Source: an uncultured Bacilli bacterium (GTDB lineage: Bacteria; Bacillota_I; Bacilli_A; RF39; UBA660). Taken from it: DNA of 44,041 bases. Below, piece after piece: positions 43,533 through 44,041 of this stretch. Position numbers and translations under genes: made by a program. Under the pieces are notes generated by a model that saw nothing but the letters and a program-made list of their open reading frames with translations, was not told the DNA's origin and ran no database searches. Each line of letters opens with the position of its first letter. Positions within the stretch are counted from its first letter, which is position 1. The DNA lies in the NCBI GenBank assembly GCA_934096755.1, contig CAKOMU010000001.1, forward strand, positions 1 through 44,041. Direction: 5' to 3'.

Positions 43533-44041
43533 ATGAAAAAAGGAATTGTTTATAGTTTATTAATTATGTTTTTAGGTATTTTTTGTATTCGTTTAGGGAT
43601 GATTTTACAAGACTCACCAGAATATAACCAAAAACTTCTAAGTAAAACAGAAATATATGTCTATGGTTTCAGTGCTCCCCGAGGACGCATTTTAGATGTA
43701 AATGGTAAAGTTTTAGTGGATAATGTGGGTGTAAAGACAATATATTATAATAAAATTAAAAATATTAAAGCGAGTGAAGAATTAGAAATTGCTAAGATGT
43801 TAAGTGATTTAATTGATGTTCCAGAAGCTAGTTTAAAAGAGTTAAAAGATTATTATTTACTTACACATGATAATGGTAAATATTTGATAACTGACGAAGA
43901 ATATGAATTACAAGAAAGACGAAAATTAACAAGTAGTGACTTAAATAAATTAAAGTATGAAAGAATAACGGAGGATATGTTAGATTATGATGATCATATT
44001 AAAAAAGTTGCTCATTTGTATAGTTTAATGAATCAAGGTGT
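43533..44041 (+). CDS. Penicillin-binding protein 2 / FtsI-family transpeptidase, N-terminal part (runs off the window)
   Basis: ATG 43533. The TM is GIVYSLLIMFLGIFCIRLGMIL, followed by SAPRGRILDVNGKVLVDN, which is typical of the PBP dimerisation domain. The frame is open to the window end and is not in the ORF track. Confidence 0.75.
   Translation, partial: MKKGIVYSLLIMFLGIFCIRLGMILQDSPEYNQKLLSKTEIYVYGFSAPRGRILDVNGKVLVDNVGVKTIYYNKIKNIKASEELEIAKMLSDLIDVPEASLKELKDYYLLTHDNGKYLITDEEYELQERRKLTSSDLNKLKYERITEDMLDYDDHIKKVAHLYSLMNQG

Noticed and set aside
1-44041. Alternative genetic code (TGA read as Trp, as in Mollicutes) given the extreme AT content
   Set aside because: Conserved genes end at TGA (for example lepA and the 119-1696 ORF) and Trp is encoded by TGG throughout. 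Sporulation genes also argue against a mollicute.

Overview
A 44 kb chromosomal segment from a very AT-rich, endospore-forming Bacillota genome. It carries spoIIP and a gerA-type operon. The genetic code is standard: TGA is used as a stop and TGG encodes Trp. I cannot place the organism more precisely from sequence alone. The backbone is housekeeping and partly syntenic with Bacillus subtilis: rpsB-tsf...frr; rpsT/spoIIP/yqxA-like/lepA/hemW...rpsU/yqeY; DnaB/DnaD-like plus dnaI; nfo. Small lineage-specific islets interrupt it. The main find is not in the ORF track. Two small genes (43 and 51 codons, 22045-22341) encode peptides with textbook double-glycine leaders. They sit directly downstream of a C39-peptidase ABC exporter and a tiny membrane-anchored accessory ORF, which together look like a compact, apparently undescribed two-peptide bacteriocin locus. 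Each mature peptide has GxxxG motifs and a single C-terminal-proximal Cys. The locus sits where hrcA-grpE-dnaK-dnaJ lie in B. subtilis. Other notable items are listed here. (1) A perfect 6 x 18 bp tandem repeat abuts the start of a secreted protein that has a SipW/TasA-type signal peptide. (2) Four membrane-anchored genes, two of them a mosaic tandem duplication, replace pyrH between tsf and frr. (3) Ribosomal protein S2 has a Rho_N/SAP-like C-terminal extension. (4) A decaying islet downstream of rlmD holds a HIT gene and a MazG-like gene, each 1 nt out of frame, plus a 583-bp non-coding stretch with a candidate small-ORF/antisense pair and a 20-bp-stem hairpin. (5) A class B sortase has an NPKTG substrate 6.6 kb away, while its adjacent MucBP protein has lost its sorting signal. 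(6) A Y-family polymerase/YolD operon shows SOS-regulated features. (7) A disrupted HExxH peptidase gene lies next to an ECF-type sigma factor with a TM-less partner. All functional calls come from motif recognition by eye. No database search was run.
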